Below, in pieces: positions 36,880 through 49,639 of a stretch of DNA of 64,000 bases. Position numbers and translations under genes: made by a program. The stretch's first letter is position 1. Each line of letters begins with the position of its first letter. The notes under the pieces were generated by a model. The model ran no database searches. It saw only the letters and a list, made by a program, of their open reading frames with translations, and was not told where the DNA came from. The DNA comes from Vicugna vicugna (taxonomy: Eukaryota), in NCBI GenBank assembly GCA_013265495.1, contig MU058059.1, positions 2,083,502 to 2,147,501 on the forward strand, written 5' to 3'.

Positions 36880-37115
36880 TGATCTTTTCAATTTTTTCAA
36901 ATCTCTTGCAATTTGATGAGTGAAAAACGGAAATGAAACCTCAGTATTTCACTTTGCATATCTGTGATCATTAATGGCATTCAATATTTTAATATGTTTT
37001 TGGTCATCTATTTCTCTTGGTAAGTTGTCTTTTCATAGTCCTTGCCCATTTTTTTTTTCTTTAGTGTTTGTCTTCTTTTAGATTTATCCAAGTTCTTGGT
37101 ATGGTAAATGTTGTT
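36880..37115 (-). mobile_element. Old L1 fragment
   Basis: caatttgatgagtgaaaa...tttgcatatctgtgat...tcatagtccttgcccattttt. Confidence 0.65.
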
Positions 37116-37719
37116 AGGATATTATAATCAACTGAAGCCCAAAGGTATCATAACATGAGTTTTTGCTTTTGTAAATTTGCAAGGATGGGGATTGGTTACA
37201 ATTAAGTGCAATACCTCTATTCATCTGAAATGCTGCCTTCTGTTATTGAATTCCCTGTCTCCCCAAAGGACAGCCCATGGCATTGTTCTTCCTTGTTTTT
37301 GACATTTAAAATATTTATAATTTGGCAAAGGTAAAAAGACTAGAAAAGAAAACATATCAGTTTCCCATAATGAATCACTCACAAGAGATTTTTCTACTGT
37401 GTGACTGGCATTATATTTGAATAAAGTGAGAGGTTGAAACGTATGAAGTGTTTGATTCATCAGCAAAAACAATTTCCAAATGTCACATTTAAGCTTTCTG
37501 TTACTGTTAGCCGAACATGCAATACAGCAGGACCTCACACTCTGGATGAATCATCCTAAGGGGAGATCTTAGGATCATTCCCCGGCTCTGTGCTCCCCTT
37601 GCCCTTTGCTTTCTGATGCTAAATTTGTCTTTGTCACCTACCTCTCTCATTTGTTAGGAAACAGATGAGATATCAAAAACATGCAGAGACTAATTTAGCA
37701 AGTATCAGTTTGTCCCTAC

Positions 37720-38065
37720 TCAGCTTAATCAATGACTATCACGAAAGAAGTGGGAACCTCCTGCATTGTTCTTCATCCAAAATGTCCTGTTTCCTCCCCA
37801 CCCAAAGGTAACTGCAATCCCAGAGTGGATATTTATTTATCCCATGAGCCCATGCATAATCATACTTATGTTACATGAACATGTAACTTTAAACAGTAGA
37901 TAGAGCTAACTGTTTCGCTTGGTTTCTTTTTTTAAGTTTATGTAAACAACATAATGCAACATGTAAGCTTTACTCAACACTCTGTTTCTGAGGTTTATCC
38001 ACATGGCAACTTGTAGCTCCAGCTACTTCTGCTGCTGTGTGGTATTCTGTTGTGTGATTTCCATC
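37720..38065 (-). mobile_element. Old L1 (L1ME-like) 3' fragment
   Basis: aaaggtaactgcaatcc...ttactcaacactctgtttctgaggtttatccacatgg...tagctcca. Confidence 0.65.
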
Positions 38066-38470
38066 TCATTTTCTCTCCTTGAAAGTCATCTCTTGTCCTC
38101 ATTTTCCTTTATAAAGTCAGGAAATGTTCAGGGTCTTCCACTCACCTTCACCCCTATAATTCCAGAGCATTCAGAATAGCCTTCTCCATTGGTAACGTTC
38201 CAAAATATTGTTCAGTGCCTGCTGCTTTTGTTGCTATGATATTAACTTCTTTTTTTCTAGAAGTCCTGACTCTTATCACCATTCCTTCATTTGTATACAA
38301 TTCAGTATTTACCCACCAGCAGGGCCGAGAAGTTCCCAGGCTGGTCCACACTTTACTCCTACTCCAGCCAGACTTGTACCCCGCCCTTGACCTTGTGACT
38401 TTCGGCTGCCAGCCTGAGTTATCATGTAAGGGGGACCCTGGAGGATGGCTAGCCTTAAAAGTCACATGAC

Positions 38471-38552
38471 TGTGTCTTGTATAAGCATGACTGGGACATT
38501 GTGCTGTACACCAGAAATTGATGCATTGTAACTGACTGCACTTCAATTAAAA
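38471..38552 (+). mobile_element. Very short L1 3' terminus with TSD
   Basis: gcatgactgggacattgtgctgtacaccagaaattgatgcattgtaactgactgcacttcaattaaaa. TSD 38457-38470 / 38553-38566 at a TT|AAAA site. Confidence 0.9.
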
Positions 38553-40119
38553 AAAAGTCATGTGACCCATGCAGCATCACCTCATCTATCCTAAGTAATA
38601 TGTCAAGGAAGAGCTATGTCAAGGCAGTAGACTAAGTATGCAGGAGGCAGGCTGAGAGGTTCCATGATGAAGTGGGGAGTGTGGGGCCACCAGCAGAGGC
38701 CGAGCACCTGACACCAGGACTGAGATTCCAAATGTGTGGCTTCTACTTAATGGATGACGGCTAAACTCAGCTTAGCGGACACCAACTTTGAGTGAGCCAC
38801 TCCGAGCATCTCCACCAACTATTTCCAAATTCGTTTTTTGCTGGCCTACTTTGCTTTGTGTGTGGGAAGCACCTCCGCTCATTGGGCCTGTGCTCCGAGG
38901 ACTGTCCACAGGGTCCCCTCTCGTGCGGGAGGGTCCTTCCACCATCCACATCAAGCCAGGGCCAGCGGCGAAGCCGTGGGCCCTCCCTCCTTGCCTCCCT
39001 GACCCCCATCCAACACACACGTCTCTTTTCCTCTCGCATGTTGTTCCTGGATGTGGGAATGAACATTATAATAATAAATATTAAACAGTATTTTAAAAGG
39101 CTTTTGATTGTGTTGTCAATTTACCCTTAAATACCCTTGGGGAGACCAGACCTGTTACGAAGGAAAGTTAAACGCTTGAACTAACATTTTGAAACCCCTA
39201 AGACGTGGGAGGGAGATCGACTCCGTCCGGGATTTCAACAACGTGTGTCCAAGTTCAAAACCTTCATTAGTTTGAATACATCCTGCTATCGCTTAAATAG
39301 GGCTTGTCTTTAGCTTAATACGCACCAGGTGCTCAGTGCTCTACACGCAGGATGGATGTTATTAACCCAATGAAATTCCTTCCATGTGGCACGGTCAGTC
39401 CTTGAATCTCGACCTGAGTCCAGAGTCCTTGGTGGTAAGTATCTTGTGCTGCCCTTTGATCCTCTGTTGTCCTGACTTTGTATCCTTCAGAGGGCTGATG
39501 AACGCCGCCCACACCAGGGAGGGCTCCCTCCTTCTGCAAACTGACCCCGGTCGCAGTGGGAGTGGGGAGTCAGCATCCGGGGTCACACAAGATGCTGAGA
39601 CAGAGGAGAGAAGGAGGGAAAGGATGGATGAAACCTACAAGCAACCCAGAAGCGCTTGCGTCCATGACTATTACATTTCTGCCGGGTACTCAAGAATAAT
39701 GAAGCATGCCTCTCATCAGGTTTATTGTAGAAGAAATCATTTAGTAAACACAAGGCAAAGCTGCTGAAAGATGACTCGAAAGCAGTTTATTTCATGGAGC
39801 ATAAAGGGTGATTTGAGTGCGAGCAATAAACCAGTTATCCCAAAGCAATTACGGATGTAAGTGACCGCACAGAGGCTCTGATTTAGCAAGAGGCCTTGCC
39901 CAGCAGCCTGAGGTGTGGAAGCGATGAGTGCATTCTTTATGCCAACAATGCCTCTTCTGCCCACTGCATTCCTGAGCTGGCAATCCTGGTGGTTATTATA
40001 ATGCACAATAGGCAGCGCCCTGCAGCTACAGCATGGGCTGAGGGAGCAGCAATCAGATTCCCATCGCAAGGAAGACACTCAGTTAAAGATCTAATCACAC
40101 TGACCGCTGACATATACTG

Positions 40120-40300
40120 ACCCAGCGTCCATGCTGGGCCCCATGCAAAGTACTTTCCAGCTGGATTTCACAGGAGCCTCCTGACCACCCTCCAGGGCGA
40201 GGGCTTTGATGATCTCCATCTGAAAGATGAGGAATCGTGGCGTAGCTGATGTAAGCGCTCTCAGCAGCTAAGTGGCAAAGCCAGGACTGGAGGCCCTGTG
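40120..40300 (-). mobile_element. MIR SINE
   Basis: ctccatctgaaagatgaggaatcgtgg...cagctaagtggcaaagccaggact. Confidence 0.65.
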
Positions 40301-41254
40301 CCATGGGGTCCATGCACCGCGGTCTAGGCCAGGGTGAGGTCCAGCTGCCGCTCCCTCTGCCAGTATCTTCACCTTTTCCACCCTCAGTTCTTTCTCCAAA
40401 GCCCCCAGAGCTCACTCGGGCTGACAACAAGGGAGCCCGGAAGTGGGAGAAGGGCAGTGGAAAGGGAGGCGGCCCTCAACCAATAGGACTGGGAGTCGGT
40501 GAATAGAAGGAAATGGAAGAAAAATTCTGTACGTTCCTTAGCAGGTCCCTGGAGGACCAAGCCCAGCCCCCCAGGGTAGGACAGCTCAACAGTGCCCGCT
40601 GGTGGCTCTTCCTAGTCCCCCACCTGCGTCTCCCCACTTCCTACTCCTGCTCCTTGACATCACCTAACAACTCCCTGCACCCAAGGTCTGCTTGACTCAG
40701 GTTCTGGTTTTGGGACAACTGAATTAAGACAATAGGTATTCAGGGTACAGCCCTTCAACGGCAAGGACAGCCGTGGAGAGAAGACAGGAGGGGGTCCAGG
40801 CCTCTCCCTGGCTCCTCCACCCTCAACAGCCCACCACCTGCTCCCGGGGACCCTTGTCCGTGGGCTGCAGTTGGTTCTCTGGGAGTAGATGCTGAGTTTG
40901 GAGGACAAGGTGCAGATCAGGGCTGGGCCCCTGAGAATGGAAAGGGCACGGGGGACGGCAGACAAGGATTTACCCAGTCCAGGCCCCGGGGAGCCTCTGC
41001 CCACCTGCCAGGCCCCCCCCCACTGAGTCACTGCCCAGGAAGGGCTCTCTGATGCTGGGCAGCAAGTTCTTCCCCGTGTGGAGACCTGGGGACATGGCCC
41101 TGCACCTGCCTCGCTGTGGGCTGGTGTCATTCACTCATGGGGCCATCTGTACCCCGGTGTGCAGGGTGCTCCCCTTCAGGGCTGTGGCCTGAGCTGTTTG
41201 GTTCAACCGCCAATATGTCGCCTGGCACGAGTGGGTGACCAATAGCTGTTAAAT

Positions 41255-41430
41255 GATTTAATGTGTTATAGCAGTGACTGGAAATGCTTCCCATATGTAC
41301 TTCATTTCCAGGAAGAAAGAGCTGGGGCCCAGCGTGCTTAAGTGACCTGTCCAAGGTCACACGCTATGGCAGGGGGAAGGGGCAGAGTGGATTCTAATGC
41401 GGGACCTTGACTCAGTCCATCAGCCCTTCT
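41255..41430 (-). mobile_element. MIR SINE
   Basis: ttaagtgacctgtccaaggtcacac...tggcag. Confidence 0.6.
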
Positions 41431-44400
41431 ACTTGCTCGCAGAAACCTGGAGCAGTAGTGAGACGTGGTTTCTCATTTTGATTCTCTGCTGGATACATAC
41501 AAGCTGGGCAGACCTTCAGCCATATTAAAAATCATAACAAAGAAAAATATCCAGAACCATTAACCACCGAGGAGCCTCAGGGCTTGAAGGACACAGTGAC
41601 AGAGTTCTGCACACAAGGCGTAGGGGAGAGGCTGAGTTGTCTCCACGTGTCCTGGACGGAGCCAAGTGCTGTATTTCCCAAATGGTGATCCCAAGCTCTG
41701 GTTTTAAAGGAGACTGCTCCAGATCAGGTCTACCCGCTTATTCCTAATCTTGCCTCTGGGCTGATGAAATGATACACTTCCTATGGTACCCTTCCAGCTG
41801 TGGGAGTCACATAAGCAGGCAGGTCCTTTGGGACAAAACTATAGCAGAACTAGGGCTGCCCAAGAATCAAGAAGGGTGGCATTTTATCCATATGAAGCAC
41901 TCCAAGGAACAGGAGATGCTCGCGTGCCTTCCTGGTCACTTAGGCAGAATCCACACATGCTAGCGATGCCATCTCTCACGGAGTCTGCGCGGCCCAGACC
42001 CCAAATGCTGTCTTATCAAGGCACCAGCTGCCGTTCCAGAGGAATCTGATGATTAGTTCCCAAGTTTGGCCAGCTGCAGGATGTGAGAAGAATGGAAGGA
42101 AGCTGGGGTCCTGGCGGCCACGTTTATAATTAGCAACATGATGGTGTTCAGCGTGTTCTCGGGATGGAGCTGGAATCTTCGTGCGGCGCTACTATTTTGT
42201 GACCAGGAGCTTGGTAATCAGAGCCCTCCACAGAGAGCCAAGCACTGAGTCCTGTCAGGAAAGCAACATCTGTGCCCTGCGTGCCGTGCCTGTGGAGGTC
42301 TGCGGAGTCACCGCGCCAGGCAGGCGGGAGGACCCGTGAGCCACTGCCTGAAAGCGCACTTGGCATAATAATAACACCACATCTTAGGTCCCTATTATTC
42401 GTGTACTCAGTACTCTGTGTCACCCGCCAAACGGCACTTCCTTGACATATTTCTGAATCTAGGCAAAAAAAAAAAAAAAAAAAAGTTCCCCTACCTCTCT
42501 GGATGGTAACCCCCAGAAAAGTCTGCCAGCCTTTCACCTCCCAGTGCCAGCCAGTTGGGTGTACATGGCAGGACCCTTCAGACACTAAGGAAGATGAGGT
42601 TTGGAGGCAAGACCACTGCAGTCCGTGAAAAAGGATGCCTGGGGCTGGGGGGCTGTCCCTCCCCTGCCCGCCTCCTCCCTGCCCAGCTGGGCTCATCTCT
42701 GCAGCTCCTTTGGTCCCTGGGATGGAGTTTCCAGTCGTTCAGGCATAGGATCTACTCAGGCAGGAAGGTGCACAACAGCTGTGAGAACGCCCTTCTAGTG
42801 ACACATTGACCTTGCCTCTAAAGGGGTCCTGTGGGGAGGACACACCTTCTCCCTTTACCAGGGGATACTAGGAAACATTCGGGTGGGACAGACAGCTCTG
42901 AAAATCTGGATCCCGAGGGCGGGTGAGACAGAAATGGGCAGGGTCAACAGGAACTCACATCCTCCAAGAACCATCCTCCCCCTCAGAGATGTGTCCAATT
43001 CACTCTAGACAGAAGACCTGTGGTCAAGGTCACACCTCCCCTGGGCTGCTCTCCAGCCCGTCTGTGCAGCAGCTCCTCCCTCTTCTCTGCCCCACCCCCC
43101 TTCCAGAGCTTTCCCCTTGGCTCCCTCACTGGCCTTATTAATGACATGGAAATATCGCTGCTGACCCTCTCCTCGTAATTTGTTCCCCAGCATCTTCTGC
43201 AAAGTATTCAATTAAAAGTGAACTGGAGATCAGAAAGGCTTGGGCAGACGGGCAGCTGCAGGCCAGATTCTCGTGCCTGGGGGAACAGCAGCAGACCCAC
43301 GCAGCGTCACCCTGGAAACGTGGGCTGTGAACACCAGCCCTGTCAGGAAGTGGTACCCGGGCATCCTTGTGCAACTGCCCTCCGAAAACCAGCCCAGTGC
43401 TGACTCTGGTGGGAGAGCAGCCTGCAAAGAGAGGAAAGTAACAGACTTTCAGGAAAAGACATCCCAGCAGCTGAAGGGAGGTGGGGTGGTGTGGAATTCA
43501 TAAAGGCAGCACAGCCAGATAGGACTGGCTTTTTGAACAAACACCTTATGGGTTGTTTAAATTGGAGACAGTCACAGACCAAGATGTCTTTCGTCCAGCT
43601 GTTTGCTCAGGACTTTGCCCCAGTCCTATCTCAAATGCTGCTCATTGTTTGAAGTCTTTCTGTTCAGAAGCTGTTCCCAAGCCTATCTCCAGGGGAGGAA
43701 GCAGGATGCTGATAGCATTCGTGAGCTGTTCTAGCCTGGCTGGACTCAGGAAAAAGAATGAGACAGACGCCTAAGTGGGAGGCCCCTGTCAGGGACCAGA
43801 CTCAGTGCGGAGGCGGGACCTCAAGGGACACGGCAGCTCCCGGCGGCGGGTGGAGGGGCCAGAGCAGCTGGGACCACTGAGGCCTTTTCCGGAGCCGGGC
43901 CCTGGCTTTGCGTCCAGGTGGGGGAAGAGGAAGGGGAGTGGCTTCCCGTCTGCGTGTGTGTCTCTCCCCAAGTGGGGCCTGGCTGGCCAGGGCAGGAAAA
44001 AGATGGCCTTCTGTGATACGAACGCAGTTTAATTGTTTGGAACAATAGGTTAGGGTCTTGGTAAAGGCATTATTTGAACTCAACTGTTTTGCCGTGTTCT
44101 GTGAAAGGTTATCATGTGATCTCGGTCTGATTAGCGTGGAACCCAGTTCAGTGACAGATGAAGCGATTGCTTCTCTGGAATACCCAGATCACAACGAGCT
44201 GGGGTCTCATCTGTGCAGACAGATAGTCCCTGGGTTTCCTGGAATAGTTTAGGGCTAAGTGCAAAATAATATATTCGGACCTGGGGTGCTGCAGGTTACC
44301 TGGGAGGCTTCAGAGCAAGACCTGTCACCTGTGTTTCCTCATCTATAAACCCCACTTGTTCTTGGTTGTGGGGGGACCAGTCACGTTCCGGGACAGCCTA

Positions 44401-47400
44401 CAGGATGGAGACAACACCACAGCCATCTTTGGAGAAGCCATCCCCGACAAAACTTAGTCTTCCCAGTAGGATTCGCTTTGCTTTGCACATTAGTTGCACC
44501 GATATCCTTTACAAATAATCACTATCCCCTTTCCTCGTTTTCCTGAAATACACCACACTCCCAGGTCTAATTTTCATTTTCGCTCTTTGGTTGGAGACAT
44601 TGTACAATGAAGATTCCACTTTCCTTCGAATACATTTGTGAAAAACATGACACAGTGAACATGATGACAAATGGCAGCAGACACTTGGCAGGGAGACTCT
44701 AGGGAGCAGTGGGGACTGTGGTGTGGGGGGGGCGCACGGGCTTCGCTCTCTGAGCAGCAAGTGCTTACCTGCAGCTGATCATCATTGCGTGAGAAAGACT
44801 GTTGATTATCTTGTCTCTAATTTACTTTAAAGGATTTAGCACATTCAGTGGGATGCATATGTGTGTAAAATTTAATTTCAATCAGTTAATTTCAGTCAGT
44901 TAACATTAAAGGACTCTTCAAATTAGACACCCATTCTCCAGGGGTGGTTAGTGACCGTTTGAAAGACCCTAATCAAAGGTCTACATTCCAGACATAAACA
45001 CTTCAAATATCGTTACCTGGATCTACGTGAAATGGTTCCAAAATAATCCTAAAAATGGTGACTCTGCCTCCTGGGGTCACTGGTTTACACCTGTTGTTCC
45101 TGCAGCAGAATCACACTGGATGCTGTGCCCATCTGGCCGCCACCACCCCAGGATGTGCTCAGCTTCACTGCAATCAGGGAGCCCATTTGAATGACCAAAT
45201 CCCCTGCAGTCACACTTGGACTACACAGGGAGCAACCCTAGAGCTCTTCGCAGACGCAGGCGTTTTCCTTGTTAACATGGGCCTCCAGGGCTTTGTGAAG
45301 TGTGTCTCCCAGACCTCCTGGAGGTGGCTGAGGAGCTGGACGGATGTGCAGGTCACACAGTAAAGAAAGCGGTTTTACCAATGAGCTGGTCAAGCGTGCA
45401 TGCTGGAAGAAATCTTCAGCGCTCCCACTTCTCCACGTCACTGCCTTCTCATCCCCTTCGCTCCTCTGTCTTCACCGGGCTAAAGCCAACACGTGTATTC
45501 CTGCCGCCAGACGGTGTTGATTCAGTCGGATCTGGGCACAGGGTAGGTGCTTAACAGAAGTGTTGACTGCTCTGGACACAGTAAACACATCTGCTCACGA
45601 GAGTTTGAGTGCCAGGTGCCCCATCTGGAAGCCACCTTTCCCTGGTAGAGATGCTGGCACCACGCTTTTGGTATTTCAAGTGTCAGGAATCAGCCTAGTG
45701 ATTTCTACCTGAGCCTGGCCCACTGGCTACAGTCTTCAAGCTCTAATGGAAGCTTTCATCTTCCTCCATCACAGTGGGAGTTGTTACCTTGGGAGCAGAC
45801 AGGTCTGAGCCGAGAGCACACGTAGCAGACGGTGGCTTCTTCAGGATGCCCCACTGCTCCTCCCTTCCTGCTGCCTGAGACACTTCACTGGGCGTCGGGG
45901 TTTTGATTGCTGAATGAGTACCTCTTCCTTCCAAAACCACCTCTTCCAAGTGACTGACATAGTCCAAAGGATTGGATCAACCTCTCTCAGGAACTGAGTT
46001 TCTGATCCCCACCCCTGACCCCACACATTCTGACCACAGCCCTGTGGTAAGTAAACCTTGAACCCCACAACTAGTCAGCATTCTAAGCAGGGACGCCCCT
46101 GTGGGACAGGATGCGCTCAGAGCTGGTGCACAGGATGGGCCCCCGTTGGCTCCCGCTTTGCTGAGCCTTCATTGTTCTTGGTGTATGAATGTTGCAGACG
46201 CAGCCTGGCTGCTCCCGTGGGGCTCCCTGTACTTTCTTCCCTAACTGCATACCGAGGCCACTACCTTCCTCAGCCAACATTAAAGCGCGTGAAATGTTTG
46301 AGGGAATGCTCGCTTTGGCGCTTAAAACTCGCTCCCATCAAACACTCACCAGGGTGTCCAGGGGTAGAAATAAGCCCCTTGCTATCCACCAGACGTGTTT
46401 ATTGCAGAGGAAGGAAAAAGCCTAAGCAAACCTTCCCAAGTGGTCAGAATCTTAACAAGGACAGCAATCCCCTTAACGTTCAGATACAGCATTAACCGCA
46501 TCCATAAACCAAATCTTAAAGCAGCAGAAATAGTAATAAAAAAGAGATGTTTATGGAGGCAATGCTTGAGAGGTGATAGTAAAGAGACTCCCCTCCCGGC
46601 CTCAGTCCCTGAGATCTGGGGTCCTGAATTGCTGGCAACCTTCCGTCCTTGTAAACCCCAAGCACGCTGCGTCTCTGGCTCGCAGCCTCCTGCTCATGTG
46701 TGGGGATTTTTCCAGAAAGGTGGAATGGCTAACCTGCATACATGGTGTCCGGACAGAAGATGAAAGTCATCCTTTGCTTTTATTGTAAAGCAGATACTTT
46801 CCCAGTGTTTATGGAAAATCACCATCTTTGTGTATGTTTGAAAGTTTTCATTTAATTAATGAGCAGAAGTTCAGAATCACTCACAGGGTGGTCCCCGTGC
46901 AGCTGGAGAAGCCAGCCACCCACTGAAGGACACCGGAAGCCAGAGGCTTGGGGGTGTGGGTGTTGCTGGACAGGTAGCAATAGTTGCTGAACAAAAACCT
47001 GGATAAGAGTGTAAGGTGAGGAACGATAGAGCTTGAGCAGAAGTAGGGGAGAAATAATCACCATGCTTTATGTTCTGATTACACCTTTTGTTCTTGATTT
47101 CCAAGCCCTGCGTACATACATTAAAACTCCGACATGCATCTGAGGTCGCCGTCCTCACCCCATTTCACGGGTTGGGGAGAGAGGTCCAGCCAAGGGCAGG
47201 CAAGAGCAGCCACACCCGCAGGAGAGCTATGAATAGAACTCTTTTTCCCCACCCAGGCTGCTTCCCTCCTTCTGAGTCAGAGTCAGAGCCAAAAGCTCAG
47301 GCTGGAACAGAAGCCGAATCAGCCCAGCCTTTCCTCCTTCGGAGGGAGTGGGGGCTGATACCCGGCTGCCACTGGCGGACGTGTCTCTGGAAGAAGACCT

Positions 47401-49097
47401 CGTAAGAGCAGGGTTCCCACCTGCTCTTTGTGGACATTTAATATCTCAGGGAGATTTCCGCAAAGTTTATTTGGGCTGGATGTTGCTTTCCCAGATGTGC
47501 AGGGACTGTGTGCTGTTTGTGCTCCTGACTGTGGCTCTCCCACCCCTGCAGACACTGGCTGAGAAGCACATCAAGGGGTCTGTGTGCACTGGTGGCTAGA
47601 GATGTGGAGGGGCAGCAGATGCAGGGACAGGATCCTCATCTTCCGTCCTGTACCAGCGCCGGCTCTCCTCCTAACTTTCCTCTCTGGAACTCTGGTTTCA
47701 GAGGGGATGAGTCCATCGAAAAAGGACATAGTATTTTCCCATCAGGCGGATGAAACTGACTTCCTTCGATGGTAGGCTGCCTGCAGATTTGAAAACAGGA
47801 AAGTGTTTCGCTTTGCTGCCATTCACTTTTTGGTTAAATAGTAATTCAAAGAGATAAAACTCATTTTGTCATTTTCCAGCCCTGAGGGGGGAAAAAAAAG
47901 AAGGGTAGCAAAATGTGGAAAATAAAGCAGTTGTAAGATAGAGCCCAAATGCTGGTCTTGGCTATCTCTCATTTCCTATGAAATCTTTAAGCCTCCACTT
48001 AAAAAACTCAGTCTGAGATGGACTCTGATTTGATGCTGACGATTTGTGTGGAATGTGATGAGAAACAAAAATCACAGTGTACTATTAGGCAGTCATTACT
48101 GGACCCCTTGATGTGTTGTAGGAAGGGCTGGAAGTCCCCGTGAGGGCTCTTGGACTGCTCTCCACTGGGACACTGGAGGCTGTTTAATCGTCTAAATTTT
48201 TTCCTCTTTCCTGTTTGTTTTCCAAGCAGAGGGGTCAAATGCAGAGCAGCAGAGTAGACAGAAAACATGGTTGGATTTTTTTGGTCCCACTTCCTGTCTT
48301 TCGCCTTCTCCCTTTTGTCAATTTCCCTCGTGCTCTCTGTAAACTTTGCCTCCCCCACCACATTTCCATCATTTCTGTCTTCAGGTGCTTGCCTTCTTCC
48401 TTGATTTGCTAATATAGGACATCTCAGTTCTTCTCAAGACGGTTGCCATTCTGGCTAAAACAATATGTATCAGCGTGTGTTGGAATGTCAGGCTGTTGCT
48501 CCCTGTGCTCAGCAGAATTTTTCCTCATCATGAATATATAGAGACACAGAGGGAGAAATGCATCTCCAGACTGCTGGCCCCTCCAGGGAAGCAACTTCAA
48601 GCACAGATTTCTCCTGGGATAAAATCACAAAACAATGACACCATGAACGCCTTGCCTACCAAGCTATTATAACCTGAAGACCAGAGGCGCTGAAGCATAT
48701 CTGCTGGCTGCCTTCTTGAGCAGCACACGCTTGACTCTCAGCACAAAGTATCCAGATGAAATGAGTAAACGAACAGAGAATGGCCAAGTGGTGACAGGAG
48801 TGGTTGAGAATGAAAGCTTCTAAAAGGCAAATCTGCATCTGCCCGATATTCTTGGTCTCTGCTTGAAGGAAGACAGGTTCTCTGTGTGAGGATTTCTGGC
48901 AGAACAGGTATGCCTGTGATACATGTATGAATGAGGAAGGGCTGATGGAAGCAGCACCAGGACCCTGCTGAAGCCCTCAGGGAGGAGTTCTCGGACTGTC
49001 TTAGGCTGGGCATCCCAGATGCAATCCGCAGGACAAAGAATCAAGTACAACTAGCTTACTTGGGATGGCCCCCAGGAAGCAGCTTTAGGACAGTAAG

Positions 49098-49585
49098 CGT
49101 AATAGGGAAGAAGAAATCTGACTCCATATTGGATCTATTCCTTTGTCTAACCCTGGCTCTGCTTCTGGTGCTTAAGTCACGCTGGTCCTGCACCTTTTGT
49201 AAAAACAATGTTGCCTAGAGCCTGAAATAGACAGGACAGCCCATTCTCAAAGCTCTGACCTTTAAAGTGTATAACACTTCCCCACTCAAAGAGAGGTAAA
49301 AAGTTGCAGAACATAGAATAACATTTATTTTGTTGGAGGTTTACAGGAACATCATCACCTGACCTATGTGGACAGCTTCGAGAACAAAGGATTCTGACAC
49401 CAAGAAGTTGGCAACAACCAACCACACTCCCTCCCCTTTTTAGTATGAAAGAAGCCTGAATTCTGACTTGGGGAAGATGGTTCTCCATCTCAGTCTGCTG
49501 GCTTTCTGAATGAAGTCATTATTCCTTGCCCCAATACCTCATCTCCCGATTTATTGGTCTGTTCTGCAGTAAGCAGAACAAGTTA
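49098..49585 (+). mobile_element. ERV1 solo LTR (MER41-like, laurasiatherian type)
   Basis: 5' gtaatagggaagaagaaatctgactccatattggatct, TATA-like tagtatgaaagaag (49441), polyA-like ctgaatgaagtc, U5 attccttgccccaatacc...gatttattgg. The 3' terminus is degenerate. Confidence 0.8.
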
Positions 49586-49639
49586 ATGCCAGGAAATACC
49601 AGGCTGAATTTCTGCAACCTCAAAAAAAATCAGAAAAAA

